Notes: generated by a model from the letters alone, not told the origin. A stretch of DNA of 64,000 nt from the human T2T-CHM13v2.0 reference genome, Homo sapiens (GCF_009914755.1 NC_060938.1); one strand, 5' to 3'. Positions 41,110-55,139 are shown, numbered from the stretch's first letter. A program made the numbers and translations.

Positions 41110-42117
41110 CAGAATTATTATTAATTATTATGGCTTCACTTTATGCAAATGATCAGACCAACCATAAGACTAAAGTTTATTTTGCAAACAACTCAGTCCT
41201 ATAATGATTAGTTTCTGACAAAAATCAGAACTGGAGAGAGAAAAATTATGTTTCAAAACATATCATACACTTGTCTTTAAATTACAGTCTCTTCAATTGG
41301 TTTTTCAGGTTTGTTGTTAATGAGTTCAGAATAAGATCATAGTTTACTCATTTTTTTACATTCCCATGCTGAGTAGCTACTTTTCTCTATAGAATCCATT
41401 AACTGAGAGAAGAAATAAGTTTTAAGTATTTGCCTCCATTTTAGACTAACTCTGCTTATCGCTGTGAACCAACCAATGATCTCTGGCTGCAGCTCAGAAG
41501 AAACACAGGCATGGGCTATATAAACATCTGGACGAATATTTTAATTCTGAGCAATTATCCGGCAAATCATGCCAGGTGACTGGAATAAATAGGGTCCCCC
41601 TAACCCGGAGGTTTCTTTGTTTGGGAAAATAAGTCCAAGGGAGCTAACGAAAGCCAAGCCCCATGCACCCAAATCTTAGCAGGCATAACTACAGCCACCA
41701 GATATCTGGGTGTGTCAGCAGCCTTGGAATTTTTTTTCAAACTGTCCTTACCACCTTGTTTGGTTTTGATACATGTCTTCTAATAACCCGGTTTGTCTCT
41801 TCTCACCTTCAGGCATCAACTCCAAATGGTCATCCAAGTGAAGCCTGGGATAATGGCTCCCTTTTACTGGGTCCCTTAGACAGACCTCAAGGGAGATCTT
41901 CCCGAAACAGCATCCCCTGTCAGCTGGAAGCAGTTAAGGTTGGCCTTTGTCTGTATTCTAACGGCAGTTAGATGCACTTATTCAAAGAGGAAAATGATAG
42001 AGGGAGGAGGCAGATAACTCTCCTAGGCAGACAGGGGAGAGTCCCCATAGAATGTCCAACCCACCAAGGTCATTGTGCACAGGGGGCTTGCCTAGACATG
42101 CCTGCAGTGAAAATTGT
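41110..42117 (+). mobile_element. MER4-group ERV1 3' internal fragment plus start of an LTR (~41996)
   Basis: TTTTAGACTAACTCTGCTTAT...GATCTCTGGCTGCAGCTCAGAAGAAAC; purine tract AAAGAGGAAAA followed by TGATAGAGGGAGGAGGCAG. Confidence 0.65.
41298..41418 (-). repeat. 121-bp inverted copy of 40745-40866
   Basis: Reverse complement differs by 7 substitutions and 1 indel (manual count). Confidence 0.93.
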
Positions 42118-42129
42118 TAGTATTGTATC

Positions 42130-43300
42130 TTATCACTCTGATAAAATAGCCACACATAATAATCCAGCTGCGTGAAGATAAAAAATAACTAGTTTGAATT
42201 TAGAGCAAGTCCCAAGTAAATCAAAGTTAGCATGTGGTTCATAATGTGATAGACAGGAGACATGGCTGAATATGAAGAATGTGTTCACATCTATTTTGTG
42301 TCGAGATCAGGAAAATATTTTGTATATTACTTAGGTAAGATTCCCACTGAGATCATTGATTTAAGATTATATATTGATGGATAATACCTCAATAATAAAA
42401 GTAGAGGTTATTAATCAGTAATTTGTATTACTAGTACAAACTTCCATTTAGTATATATTATTCTGTGTGTTATGAAATCAATTCAGAAGGCAGAAAACTT
42501 TGCACTTATCACAACTTTTTAATAAATTAAAAATTAGAATTAAGTAACTATGTTTCTAGATGGTGCACAACTTTGGAATATTTTTGCAAACAGAGAGGGT
42601 TCTTACATCTTCTGGAAATCCTATCAAAATGGACAACAATGGAAGAAACTTTCAGATGAATTTCTACCAACTAGAGATCTGATTAATAGAATTTTAAAGC
42701 AAATGCTAACACACAAACAAAAAACTAACATAGAAGCTAAAAAAATAGTGATTTAACACACCAAACACTCTACCTCATTCTAGTTTATAACATAATCTAA
42801 CCGTGGAGGGCACTGTCATTGTTCATACGAGACAGAATCAATACCACTCACAATCTTCTGGGAATGTTTAAAAAATGTCATCTTTACATTAAAATTATCA
42901 AATCTTTAATAAAATGTAATAAAATGTAAAACTTGCTTGGCCAAGGGTTCTCCCACTAGCACTATGAAACCATGGTCCACTCCTCAGGCTGCATCAGTTA
43001 TTACCCTATGACTTGGCAGCTAAAAGGCCTATATGTTTATAGACTTTACCCCAGAGATCATCCTTGTCCTACTGCTTGCATGTGTGGTACCCACTCCAAC
43101 CACGAAGAGTTTGAGGCGGCCTTTTTACTACCTCTTTTCCACAGACTCTTGTGATCTTCAACAAGGAAACTGGAAGGAACATCAGTGGACAATACTGCTC
43201 TTGAATCATATTGGAAGGAATCTTGTCAGATCCTTTTAACTAACTCACTGCAGAAAACATTCAGGAAGTTAATTATTGGGTTCGTATTTTACAATTAAAG
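42130..43300 (+). mobile_element. ERV1 pol relic (paralog of 6570-7750)
   Basis: LTSSGNPIK-GQQ RNase H motif at ~42602; integrase-like segment at ~42840-42990. Confidence 0.65.
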
Positions 43301-43309
43301 AATCAATTC

Positions 43310-43610
43310 AGGCCAGATGCACTGGATCATCTGTATAATCACACCACTTTCAGAAGGGAAGTGAGGGAAATCCCATGAGACCAGGCAATCAAAACCAGCC
43401 TGGGCAACACAAAGAGACCTTATTTATATGAAAAAATAAAATAAAAAATAAGGAGGGGATGAGTGGCATGCCCCTCTAGTTCTAGATATTCAAGAGGCTA
43501 AGATGGGAAGAATATGAGTCAGGAGTTCAAAATTACAGCGAGCTATGATCACACCACTGCACTTTAAACTGTGTGACAGGGTGAGAGCCTGTATCTAAAA
43601 GAAAAAACAA
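43310..43610 (+). mobile_element. Old Alu (AluJ-like), same insertion as 7761
   Basis: Same flanking context; GCGAGCTATGATCACACCACTGCACT. Confidence 0.85.
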
Positions 43611-44433
43611 GAACCAGTTAAGAATTCCACACAACTGTAAAGCTACTCAAATAGGAAATGTTAAACTGACCATGTTCATAGATTCTCTGGCGTTTCTGAT
43701 GTTTTTAAGCAGATGGCTGACCTAAGACCTGCAGAATGAGCTGGTAGTCCTTGATTGTGAGAAGCTTCTACCCAAGACATCAGACCAGGACCCTGTTTAA
43801 TTCCCCTTCCCCTCCTTTTTTTCATTATCCTTTGCTTATATTTCTAAAGTCATCTCATTTCTGTAGACCTGCGTGTTGTCCACCCACACTGAACCCTTAT
43901 CTTCTTTCTTATTAATTATTTTTATTCCTGCTGCATAGAATAAGTTGTCACACTATTTTTGGGTGCGTGACTGCTGATGATTTAAAGCATATTCCTCCAT
44001 CATCTCCTTTTTTGCCACACAAGGTGGCTCTAGTTTGAAATCACAGGAGCTTCTTCATTCGATGCCAGGGGGAGTTTCAAACCCTGCAAACCCCTTTCTG
44101 TGAGTGGGAAGCCTCACTCTGCCCCCAGGACCAAACCATCATAAAAATGCTGAGCCAGTCTCCTTTCCTCTTCTTTCAAGCTGTTTCAGATTTTCCTGGG
44201 AGACCTGCCCTGCACTCACCAGACACCTATAGAGTGCAAATAATAAACTTTTCCATATTCACTTTCTCTGAGTGTGTGACTTCATCAGACACGACATTCA
44301 AACTAAATCTTAGTTGTAATCTCTTGGCTTTGCGTGGTGTCAACTACAGCTGAGGGTGTGAGCTTGGTGTCACTGGTTCTATCAGCCGGACACCCTGGAT
44401 CCCTGAAACAACTCCAGGACAGAGCTGGACATG

Positions 44434-44796
44434 TGATATAGATTGATTTCGTATCCCCATCAAAGTATCATCTCAAATTGTAATCCCCACATGTCAGGGG
44501 AGGGACCAGGTGAGAGGTGATTGGATCATGGGTCCAGTTTCCCCATGTTGTTCTCATGGTAGTGAGTGAGTTCTAACAACCACTGATTGTTTAAAAGTAT
44601 GTGTCACTTCCCCCCTCTCTCTCTCTCCTGCTGCCCTGGGAGATGTGCCTTGTTTCCCCTTCACCTTCCACCATGATTGTAAGTTTCCTGTGGCCTCCCC
44701 AGCCATGAAGAACGGTGAGCCAACTAAATCTCTTTTCCTTGTAAACTACCCAGTCGCAGGTAGTTCTTTATACCAGTGTGAAAATGAACTAATACC
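44434..44796 (+). mobile_element. MST-type MaLR solo LTR with 5-bp TSD ACATG
   Basis: TGATATAG...AACTAATAC; empty site GGACATG in the paralog near 9200. Confidence 0.88.
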
Positions 44797-45950
44797 ACAT
44801 GACTGGTGGAGTTCGATAAACTTTTTTAGTGACATAAAATTATGCCATTATTTTTCTATATTCTAGCATTTCTCTAAAAATACAGAGATGCCCAGGGCTC
44901 ATTTATGTGTATATTCAAGAGTCTCTGACTTTTCATGTATTTTATTTATCTCTGTCTAATTCTTTTGATACCAAATTATACCTGCTATAATTAGTACTAT
45001 CATTAATGGAGTTAAATTAAAAATAATAATCTCCATATGAAGTGTTCAATTTTACAAATGGGTCATAGACATCATCACTAGCAACATAGATAACAAGTCA
45101 ATTCCCTCAAAATTTTGTCTTGTACTATAATTCCTCCTTCCTAGTCCTTCCCCTCTCCTACAATACTCACAGTGAACTACTGATTTTTATGTAACTTAAG
45201 ATTACTTTTTGTTCTATAGAATTTATGAAAGTTGTATCTTATGTATGCACTTTTGTTACTTTGGCTCATTTTACTCATCACAAGTACTTGTGAATTTAAC
45301 CATGCTGTTGAGTGTACCCAACATTAGTTGATGGTAGTAGTGGATAGTATGTCAATGAATGACTTTTCCTCAATTTGTTTACCAATTAAGCTGGTGATTG
45401 ACATTTGGGTTGTTTTTAATTCTAGGTATTATAAACAAAGATGCTACTCAGCTTAGAGAAGTACACAGCTAGGAAACACATTGTTCTTATTGTTACAACA
45501 GCATAAATAACGAAGCTGGAAAAGCTGCACATTAATCAGGTTTATTGAATATATCAGGTAATAAAAGTTATAGATTTTGGTGTGTTGTGGGGTGGGTGTA
45601 TGTAAGTTTCTGTGTGAGAGAGAGAGAAGAAGGGAGAAAGGAAGGCAGAAAAAGAGAGGAATCTGACATAATTGACCACAATTTATGAGATTCTCCAGTA
45701 ATTGCGGGGAATTAGTCCTTATGGACAAGGCTGATGCACCTAGCTATGGACACCTAGCAAGAGGACAACTTGACACAGCTAACTATGGTTATGTATTTAT
45801 ATAAATATCATTTTCTAATCATACACTCACATGCGTTAGAATAGACAAAGTGGAGTGTGTCTAGTGGTGAAATATGATGGTGTCACAAAACCCCTCATCC
45901 AGCCCCTTTCAACCCCAGCTGCACCTGCCCTGAAGCTGAGCTTTGAGCCT

Positions 45951-46140
45951 GCTCTGAGTCCCCGCAATTGTCCTGAGTCCCCTGCTGTACGGAGCACCTT
46001 TTGGGGTCCTGGTTTTCCTCCATGTTTCCTGAGAACCCTTGGCTACCTGAGGGCATCTACAATGGCCTTGAGTGCCCCTTGGTGTCCTGAGGAATCCTGG
46101 GGTCCTGAGTAACTGTGGCTGTCCTGTGCACCCCCACAGG
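45951..46140. repeat. Decayed ~10 x 17-21 bp tandem array, consensus near GTCCTGAGYRCCCCTGGT
   Basis: Recurrent GTCCTGAG-like unit starts about every 19 nt. Confidence 0.7.
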
Positions 46141-46142
46141 GA

Positions 46143-46462
46143 GGTTTGGGTGTGAGTTCCCACTGTGGTTACCTTACTGTGTCTTTTGTTAAAAATACAT
46201 GGCTGTGTGCTTGTGACTCACTTAGCTCGGCTGTAGGAAGAACTGCTTTTTGGACATGGATCTGGAGATGGTGACTGGACTCTTGAGGAGTGGGTTGGAA
46301 TGTGCACTCCCTCATGACCTGTGCACTGGATTCACTCCAGTCCCTTCCTGGGGGGTTTATGAATGCAGCTACAGCAGGAAGCACTGGTTGTGATGGGGAA
46401 TCCAGAGACAGCACAGGTGAGGGAGAGGGTCTGTGAGGGCTTCACCAGGCCAAGTGGGCACT
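46143..46462 (-). pseudogene. IGHVII-53-1: Clan II V pseudogene, 5'-truncated; RSS CACAGTA-23-ACCCAAACC
   Basis: [39 protein letters not shown]. Confidence 0.87.
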
Positions 46463-47823
46463 GAGAAACACAGTTGTTGGCATGCACAGGTTCTGGAGAA
46501 CACATTGAAATTCCCAAATACGTATACTTTTATGAGAATAAAGAGCTCATTTGTGTTCAATTTGTGAGTATCCTAGAGTAATGCAGTGGATTCTGAGGTT
46601 AGATTCTGACAAATTTATTGTCACATTTTTCTCCATACTTGGAACCAAATAATAAAGAGAAACTAATGTCAGGAGAATAGGCATTGAACTATCCCTGTTC
46701 ATGGTGATTTTCAGAATAAGACTGAGATGTGATCACCTGAAGGGTGTCCTAATGCTTAACCCACAATTAGACCTGAGCAGCAATCACTGGCGGTGGAGGT
46801 CACCCACAAGGAGAAATACCTGACTCACTGAAGCTGCACCTGGCGGGGGGGGTCTCTGCAGGCTCTGAATCGTGCAGGAACAGCTCCTCCCTTAGACTCA
46901 GAGTGAGGAAAATCTCTGCTCTTTCTCTGGGGGAGGTGAGGGTTAGTGTGTGGAAAGAACCCAACTTACTTTAATCAAGATCTCTGTACTTGAACAGAAA
47001 CAAAGAATGTGAGAAAAAACTAATTTCATTTTAAATAGAACAATTTCTCATGAGGAAGGCAATAATATGTCTGGATCTTACACAGAATTAAGAAACAATA
47101 AATTTGGGGTAAAGTTGAAAATTACAATTTCTTTGCAGGTTCTGTTCCTAATTATCTATGTCATCTGAGAAAATGAAGTAAAATCATGGTTTTTATATAA
47201 AAATTCACAAACAGGGTGCTGGACCTGAGAATGCACCTCCCATCTCTCCAGCATCAGGGAGCCCAATAGAACAGGCAGCCAGCTGCTGCACCGCACTCTA
47301 ACACCCGCCACCTGGTGTGTGCCAAAGACACCCATCCTGGGAGCTCCTCCCAGACACTGGCTGTGCACAGTGAAGACACTGAGACATGGCTGCTGCTGGG
47401 ACACATGGGACATCTCTGATGGATAACTGTGCTCAGGGAGGCACAAATGGCCTCGTTGGACTTAGCTTAGACCACAGGATACTTAGGGCAGCTTCATCAA
47501 ACTCCCACCCTCCTCCAGCACTAGTGGTGAGATTGACCTTCTGGGGTAACAATGTCTACAGACTCCCTGGCCTCCTGTGCATTTTTATGCCTCCAATACT
47601 TACATCTGCCTTTGCAACAAATGAGAATGTCCAGAGACCTCAGGGGTGGCCACAGAAGCATAAATGTCCAGAGGCTCCCAGGGAAACTGTTAGATGCAGA
47701 GGAAGCCTCAGACCCTCAAGGAAAGCAGCCCATGATGACCATCTGCACCTGCCCTAGAGCTTCCCCTGTTTTCTGTGGGTCCTGAGTGCCCTTTTAGCCC
47801 AGACTCCTCCCTTATTTCAGGAA

Positions 47824-48310
47824 ATTCTGTGTCTGTGTTCACACTGATGTCTTCTTACCTGGTGACTCACATACAGTAATACACGGCCGTGCCCTCTGCT
47901 CTCAGACTGTTCATTTGCAAACAGAGTGAGTTCTTGGCATTTTCTTTGGAGATGGTGAATCTGCTCTTCACAGATTGTGCATAACATAGCTGACTTCTAT
48001 CCTACTATATATCTACTACTCACTCCAGCCCCTTCCCTGGAGCCTGGGAATCTGAGCTCATTCAGTAGCTACTGAAGGTTAATCCAGAGTCTGCACAGGA
48101 GAGTCTCAGGGATCCCCCAAGTTGTCTTTGGTTTTCTTCAGACTCCACCAGCTGTACCTCACACTGGACACCTGCAAACTTGTAGGTGTCCTGGTCAGAA
48201 AGTTCCAGACATATCCACTGTTTCTCTCAAGTGTATCCATTCACACTCAATCTCTCTAGTTCACCTTTTAAAACAGCAACAGTGAAAACCCAGCTCAGCC
48301 CAAGCTCCAT
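47824..48310 (-). pseudogene. IGHV3-54: VH3 pseudogene with several stops; RSS CCAGGTA-23-ACACAGAAT; octamer intact at 48429-48436
   Basis: [54 protein letters not shown]...YYCM*. Confidence 0.93.
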
Positions 48311-51300
48311 GGTGGGTCCTCTGTCTTTAGTCCTGATCACCAAATGGAAACCCCTGGGAATCCCAGGGCTGGCGCTTCTCTCCCAGAGCTATGGGGTCAG
48401 GACTGGTCATCAGCAGAGGGAGAAACCTATTTGCATGTCTCCTACTGTATAGCAAGCTCTGGGATGGGAATCCTGAGGAGGGGCAGGGCTCAGAGCAGAC
48501 AAAGTGCCCCCGAGATTGGTAGTCATCTTATCACTCAGGAAAATATCATTATATTATGTGATTGTGCCTTGATAATCATTTAGCAGTCATCATCTTCTTT
48601 TTGACATATTTGTAGAATACATTTAATGTAAGTGTCAATGTTGCATTTTAAGGAAGATAAATTACATACAGAACAGAGTGTTTATACAATGCATTCAAAG
48701 TCACACAGCTGGACAGAGTTAACCCCATTATCTCAGCCTGTGCCTCTGACCACTAGAGGAGACTGCTCCCCTGAGACAACTCCAGGGCAGTGTGGGACAC
48801 ACCTAGTGAGGTCTGCAGGATTCCACCCCTGCCAGGACATCTCTGTTTTCTTTTAGTGTATTCAGCCGTTTACCGGAAGTATACGGAGAGAACCAGTGTT
48901 CAAGCCTGTGTACTTTCAAGAGTCTGAGATGTTTCCAGTGTTCATACCCATCTATTTTTTGTTCCTCCTCAGTAAACATATTCATGTGTTTATTTGTTAC
49001 TGCTTTTTTTAAGTACAATTAATAATTAATTCAAATCTACACTGCACAATTTGGAAAATGGTAACGTATGTGTGCAAACTTTAATCAGGTTGTGTACAAT
49101 TAAGTTAACCCCTAAATCTTTCTGTCACTTCTCTGTAATTTCATCTCACCAGCCAATTACTTTCAACACCCGTTTCTCACAAATTTCAAATCTGCTCTGT
49201 TACTTTAGAATAGTTGGACCTTTTGCAGTTTATACAATTAGAAGTTTATGAATTGCACTCTTAATTCTTCAGCTACTTTCACTCAGCAGAGTTATTTGAG
49301 AATGTAGACATGCTTTTATGAGAATGAGGATGCCTTGATTCTAATTCTGCATTGTACTTTAGTTCATAATCATATGTCAAATTGTTTAACGTTCACCTGT
49401 AGTGGATATGGATATTTGATTTGTTCCCTTAGTTTCTGGCTTTTATATAGAAAGTGGCTACTCAGTGTGGGAATGTGAAAAATGAGAAAACTATGGTCTT
49501 ATTCTGACCTCATTAACAACAAACCTGAAAAACTGAATAAATGAAGAAGAAAACCTTTTAACATATCTGAGTTGCTTTCACAGAGCTAACGAGAAGACTG
49601 AAATGTGAGGAGAGAGATGCCAGCAGAGAGGAGTGGGGCCCACATGTTGGTGAACCCAGGGCAGGTGCCACTGGATGGCATTGAGAGAGGAACAGGCTAA
49701 CCTGGAAATATTTCGTGAGTATTTTTTTTGGATGCATGTGCTAATGGTATTGGAGTGTGAATCTACTAGTCCTTGCAGGATTTTCCCAAGAATTCGAAAA
49801 ATCTACAGTCAACTCCCTTATCTGCTGTCCTGTGGTGCTGACAGGAAGGGAGGAACAGCGAGGACTGTTGAACGCCTGGATCCACCTCCACTGTCTCCAG
49901 GGGAAATCCAATCAAACCTGTGACCTATGGGGTGTGGTGGAGTCAACAGAAACTAAAGAAAACAGAAAATTCCCAAAGAACTACATCTAGAAGAAATTCT
50001 TAATCTGCAGGGTAAGTTCAATGGAGGAGAAGCTGAGGACACTGGTGAGAAACCATTGTGGTGGGAAGACACTCTACCCCTGGGGGAAGAGGTACAGACA
50101 GGAAAATTGGGAAGGTCACCCCCAGAACTATGATTTTTACTCATGCATAAGAAGGAGGCTGATTCAGAAGGTTGGAGAACGTCCCCATTTGTTCAAGCCC
50201 CTTCTCCACATGGTCAACAAGTCTTCAGAATAATGAAGTAGCTGCCCCAGCTCCATTCTGACTTCTGTCATATGACAGTTTTTTGTGGATTTGCTTTCTG
50301 CTCTCTCATGATTTGTTTCTTCTCTCAACTCATAGCTCTATTCTCCTGTTAATTCTCAGTTTATTGAAGAGGTTCATATTTAGCTTAGAACATTACAATT
50401 TTTGGAAGAAATTTTTGTCTTAAACACACCAAATCTAATGAGCTCTCTCCAGGGATGCCCATCTGCTTTTTTGTCTTCCTTTCCTATGAGATATGGCCCT
50501 TTTTTCTCCCTGAGTCCAGCTCTTATATTCATATGCATAAGGAGTCCAACCATCACACACCCAGGGACATCTTGGAGGAACGGACGCTGCCATCCGTCTC
50601 CTCAGCCTTCATGTGCACAGTGGCCACTCTGTCAGCTGTTGTATGTGCTTTAGGGCTTTCCATTTAAAAGTGTCTTCACTTTCCCCCCAAATAAAGTTCC
50701 TGGTCCTTAAATACCTTGATGAGCTAGTCTTCTTTTCTGTCCCTCTGTAGTTAATATGGTTTTATTCCATTAATATTCACTGGGGACATCAGTGAAAAGG
50801 GAAGTGACCAGCCATCCCATCCATTGTCTGACTTCTACCTGACGGACCCACCCATGAGCTTTACTCCACTGCTCTGCAGCTGATGGGACCATCTGGACCT
50901 TTATTAATAAGAGATGTGTAATTTATTAGAGAATGACTGAGATCAGCAGGTGCCTGAGTGCCTCAGAACACAGGTGTGTCCTGCAGTAGAGTGTGTGTGA
51001 CTGAAATCACACGTGTGTATAACTCGTGGCCTCAGCCCAGAAGGTGATGGCAGCTTCTGGCCATTCGTAGGTAGCCCGATGAGGGGTGTCCAGAGAAGGA
51101 TGGATGCAGGATGTGGGTTTTAGAAAGTGATGTGGGGTTGGGGCCACTGACGGCCAAATTTTATTTTAAGTCTATTCTGTCCTTGGCACTTGGGGAAGAC
51201 TGGGAAGAAAGGAACAAAACTCAGACCCCATGTAGCTCCCCATTTAGGAAGAGATTCAGTGCAAATTTAGAAAGTTGAAGAAATAGACTATACTGCAGGG

Positions 51301-51654
51301 ATCATTTCTATAGTCGGTTTGAGGTGGTTGAAGAAAAACAGTGACGTTGGTGATGTTGGTGTGGTTTTCTGTGACATCCTAAGGAGACAACAGAAGATGG
51401 GCAGTGACCAGTCTCCATCCAGCTGGTACGCCTTGTCTATGTGTTATGTCCAAATAAAAGATAAAAGAAAACATTTGTGACACACACACAAGGGCTGGTT
51501 TCAGAGACCTTGCTCAAAAATGGCCAACAGGGTCATGACACATTTTTATATGAGAGCTACTATTTTTACCTACTTCACGTGGAAATCTGAGAGAAGTGTC
51601 CAGCCTCAGGGGGCTGCTCCTCCCTCCACGAACCAGAGCTAACAGAATTACGTG

Positions 51655-52041
51655 GTATCAGTCTGTTTGGATCTTCATAAGAAGACAACAGGAGTGGGTG
51701 GGTTAAACAACAAATATTGATTTTCTTACAATTCTGCAGTCTGAATGTGGAAGATCAAGGAGCTGTAAAAATTGGTTCTTAGCGCGGCTTCTTCCTGGCT
51801 TGCACAGGGCCACCTTCTAGTGCACTACGTCTCCTCACGGCTTCTTCTCTGTGTGCACGCGAAAAGTGAGAGGTCTCGGGTGTCTCTTCCTCTTCTTATA
51901 AAGACAACTGGTTTATTGAATTAGGGTCTCACACTTTGACCACATTTAACCTTAATTGCATCATTAAAATTCCGGTATAGATCCATTGGATTTAAGGTTT
52001 GGGTAAATGAATTTCAAATAGGGCACAATTCCATTGATGAC
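51655..52041 (-). mobile_element. MLT1A/B-type MaLR LTR
   Basis: GTATCAGTCTG...TTAAACAACAAA...TTCTTACAATTCTG...TCTCTTCCTCTTCTTATAAAGACA. Confidence 0.75.
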
Positions 52042-52065
52042 ACAAATCAAGAGATGGTGAGAACC

Positions 52066-52283
52066 ATATATATATACGGTGTGTTTATATATAATATACA
52101 TATGGTGTGTATATATATATTATATATATCGTGTGTATATATATAATATATATGGTGTGTATATATATAATATATATGGTGTGTATATATATAATATATA
52201 TGGTGTGTATCTATATAATATATATGGTGTATATATATGGTGTGTGTGTGTATGTGTATATATTTATACACACACACATATAC
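52066..52283. repeat. AT-rich minisatellite, about 6 copies of a 24-26 bp unit (GGTGTGTATATATATAATATATAT)
   Basis: Units start at 52078, 52104, 52130, 52154, 52178, 52202. Confidence 0.92.
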
Positions 52284-52536
52284 GGTAAAATGAGTCACGC
52301 AGGAACTTGTAGGAAAGTTCCTAGTAATTGGTGAAACCTCAACAGTAAACAGAAAAATTGTCTTCCTCCTTTCTTGTCTGCCACAAGGATGTGAGGAAGC
52401 AGAACCACAGACAATAAAGAAACAGGAGCCCTGGGGACATCTGAGTGCTGGCGAGGAGGGAGATCACTGAGCTGATGAGGAAGCCCCGCCCTCCCTGCAC
52501 CTGCTCCTGACCCGGCCTCGGGCTCTGTGGCCTCGC

Positions 52537-52550
52537 GCGCCCCCTGTTGG
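52537..52550 (-). promoter_or_regulatory. CTCF motif 3' of IGHV4-55
   Basis: Minus strand CCAACAGGGGGCGC. Confidence 0.7.
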
Positions 52551-52585
52551 TCCTGAGCAGCACCTGTGCCCGCCCCCTCTGCCTA

Positions 52586-53070
<485 letters not shown>

Positions 53071-55139
53071 GTTCTTGTGCAGGAGGCCCATGAGTCTCAG
53101 AAAGTATTTCCCATGTGAGCTGGATCCCAAATTTAAGGAAATGTGTGCTGGTTTCCTGTAGGTGCCTAAGTGAGGATTTGCATGTGGGCGGTGACTTTGT
53201 ATGGACAGGTGAAAAGGGAGGAGGGAGGCCCCAGTCTTTTGGGCTTGCCCTGGGAGTAGGAAGCTGGCTGTGCCCTCTGAGAACTCAGTTCTCTTCCTGT
53301 GGCCTCCCCTTACCAAGCCCATAGTCCTCTTCTTCCAGGTAGGGAAATGTGCTGAAGATGCTGCTCTGGGAGATCAGTGTGATCTTGGATCAGGGACAGA
53401 TTTTGGAATAGGTTCAATGCTGTTCTATCCTTGAAGATTTATGTAAAACAAACCACACACCCAGGTCATCTAAATTGTCATTTACCCCTTCAGACACATT
53501 GAAACAGCAGTGGAGTGTAATAATCACAGTGAATTCAGACCCTGGATCCATGCAATGTTTATTGTAGTTCAGAACATCCATCATGGTTAGAAGGATGCTC
53601 CCTGTCCCACGAAGTGGGTTATTTTTAAATAGCCCCTGAGAGCTGCCCTTCTGAGACCTTTTGAAATTTGGGTTTCTGCCTGAGATCTCAGGAGAAGGTA
53701 GTGGAATATATCTCTGTCCTTCTCAATGTGGGATCCTGAAGATGTGGCCTGACCTCTAAACACTTCTGTGTGAAAAGATGTAGATTGCGATAGCAGTGTC
53801 AACTTCAAACATAAACTCTATAGTACATCATCACTGGATGATAGTCTCATCACCAAGATTAATGCAATTACCTTTCCTGGGAACCAGAGAGGACTTCTGG
53901 GACCCCTCCCCTCTGAGAACACAAGGAACTCTGGTTCTTCCCTGACAGGTCACACCTGTGAAACATGGCTGGACAATGACACTTAAGCCCAGAGTCCTTA
54001 CACACATATTTACCAGTTCAGATCCATCTGTCTCTGAAAGACTTTCTCCTCGATTCAATTGCATGAACATACCCTAGGATGTGCAATATTGCACATTGGG
54101 CCTTTGACATTACTTTGGTTAATTGTATAATAAATAATGTATCTCCATGGATGTGGGTAACAGGAGAGTCAGCAGAAATTGGGAGTGTTGTAAAATCAGA
54201 TAAAACTGAGCTCTCTTCTTAGGACCTGAACAAGTGGGCTGACCTTATGTGAGACAACAGGGGGAACCAGGTGAGCCAGGTGAGCTCCTTACATACCAGG
54301 TGGTCTCTGGGCCTATTGTCTGAATAGATCCAGAAAGATCTTCCTCATCCTCAGAAGAATTATGAACATTGAAAGAAATTGAGATAAATTTTTATTTACA
54401 GAGATTAATTCATAGGCTTGTAGACATCTACCTGTGTGGAGTACAAGGTTGCTAGGATATGCTCATACACAGACCAGAAATAATTATATTTTGTGGAAAG
54501 TAACCAAAGAACTTCTGAATTTGTAGGTATTGCTTGCCACAAATGTGTCAGGTCACTAGATCATGTTATGATGCTAGAGGTAAAAACTTCTCAACATTGT
54601 CACCGAGACAAAAATGCAAAAATGTAAAAATTCAATAGAGATTCCCTTGAAAATCACCAGTAATGAACAGGCTGAAAGAAATCAACCATTATGGAAAGAG
54701 TGGTCATTAAATGAAACAGTAAATTCCATGCTGAGGTGAGAAGGAAGTTCCATCTGACAGCTCATTTTCACCTTTGCAAAGACTTCAGAGCACAGACTAA
54801 GAGCAGAGCGTGAACTTAGGGCAAACAGAAGCCAGATGTTTGAGGAGGTTGGAGAGTGAGCTGGAGTCATTGTGAGCCATTCAGAAAAGCAGAGTGTTCC
54901 AGGGTGTATTGAGTCCTCCTGAGTTAAGAGGTGCTGAATATATGCAAGTTTCACTGCCCTCATTGCATTTTATTCTCCAGACTCTCTTGGATGTCCAGAT
55001 TTGAACACGTGGAGTGTTGATGGAACTCATGATAACTAGGAACTTTTCAGTGAAGGTGTAGGTAACAATGTGGGTATAATTAAATTCGGTTTATGAAAAT
55101 ATTATTATCCGAAATGTCAAAGTCAGTACCTATTAATTT

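Noticed and set aside
45951-46140. Repeat array as CRISPR-like
   Set aside because: Human DNA, no unique spacers and no cas genes; it is a degenerate tandem repeat.
46161-46167. Perfect CACAGTG inside the IGHV(II)-53-1 spacer as a second RSS
   Set aside because: Only 9 nt from the nonamer, which fits neither a 12- nor a 23-RSS.
52047-52334. Repetitive YYIYTHH-type ORFs
   Set aside because: Translations of the minisatellite.
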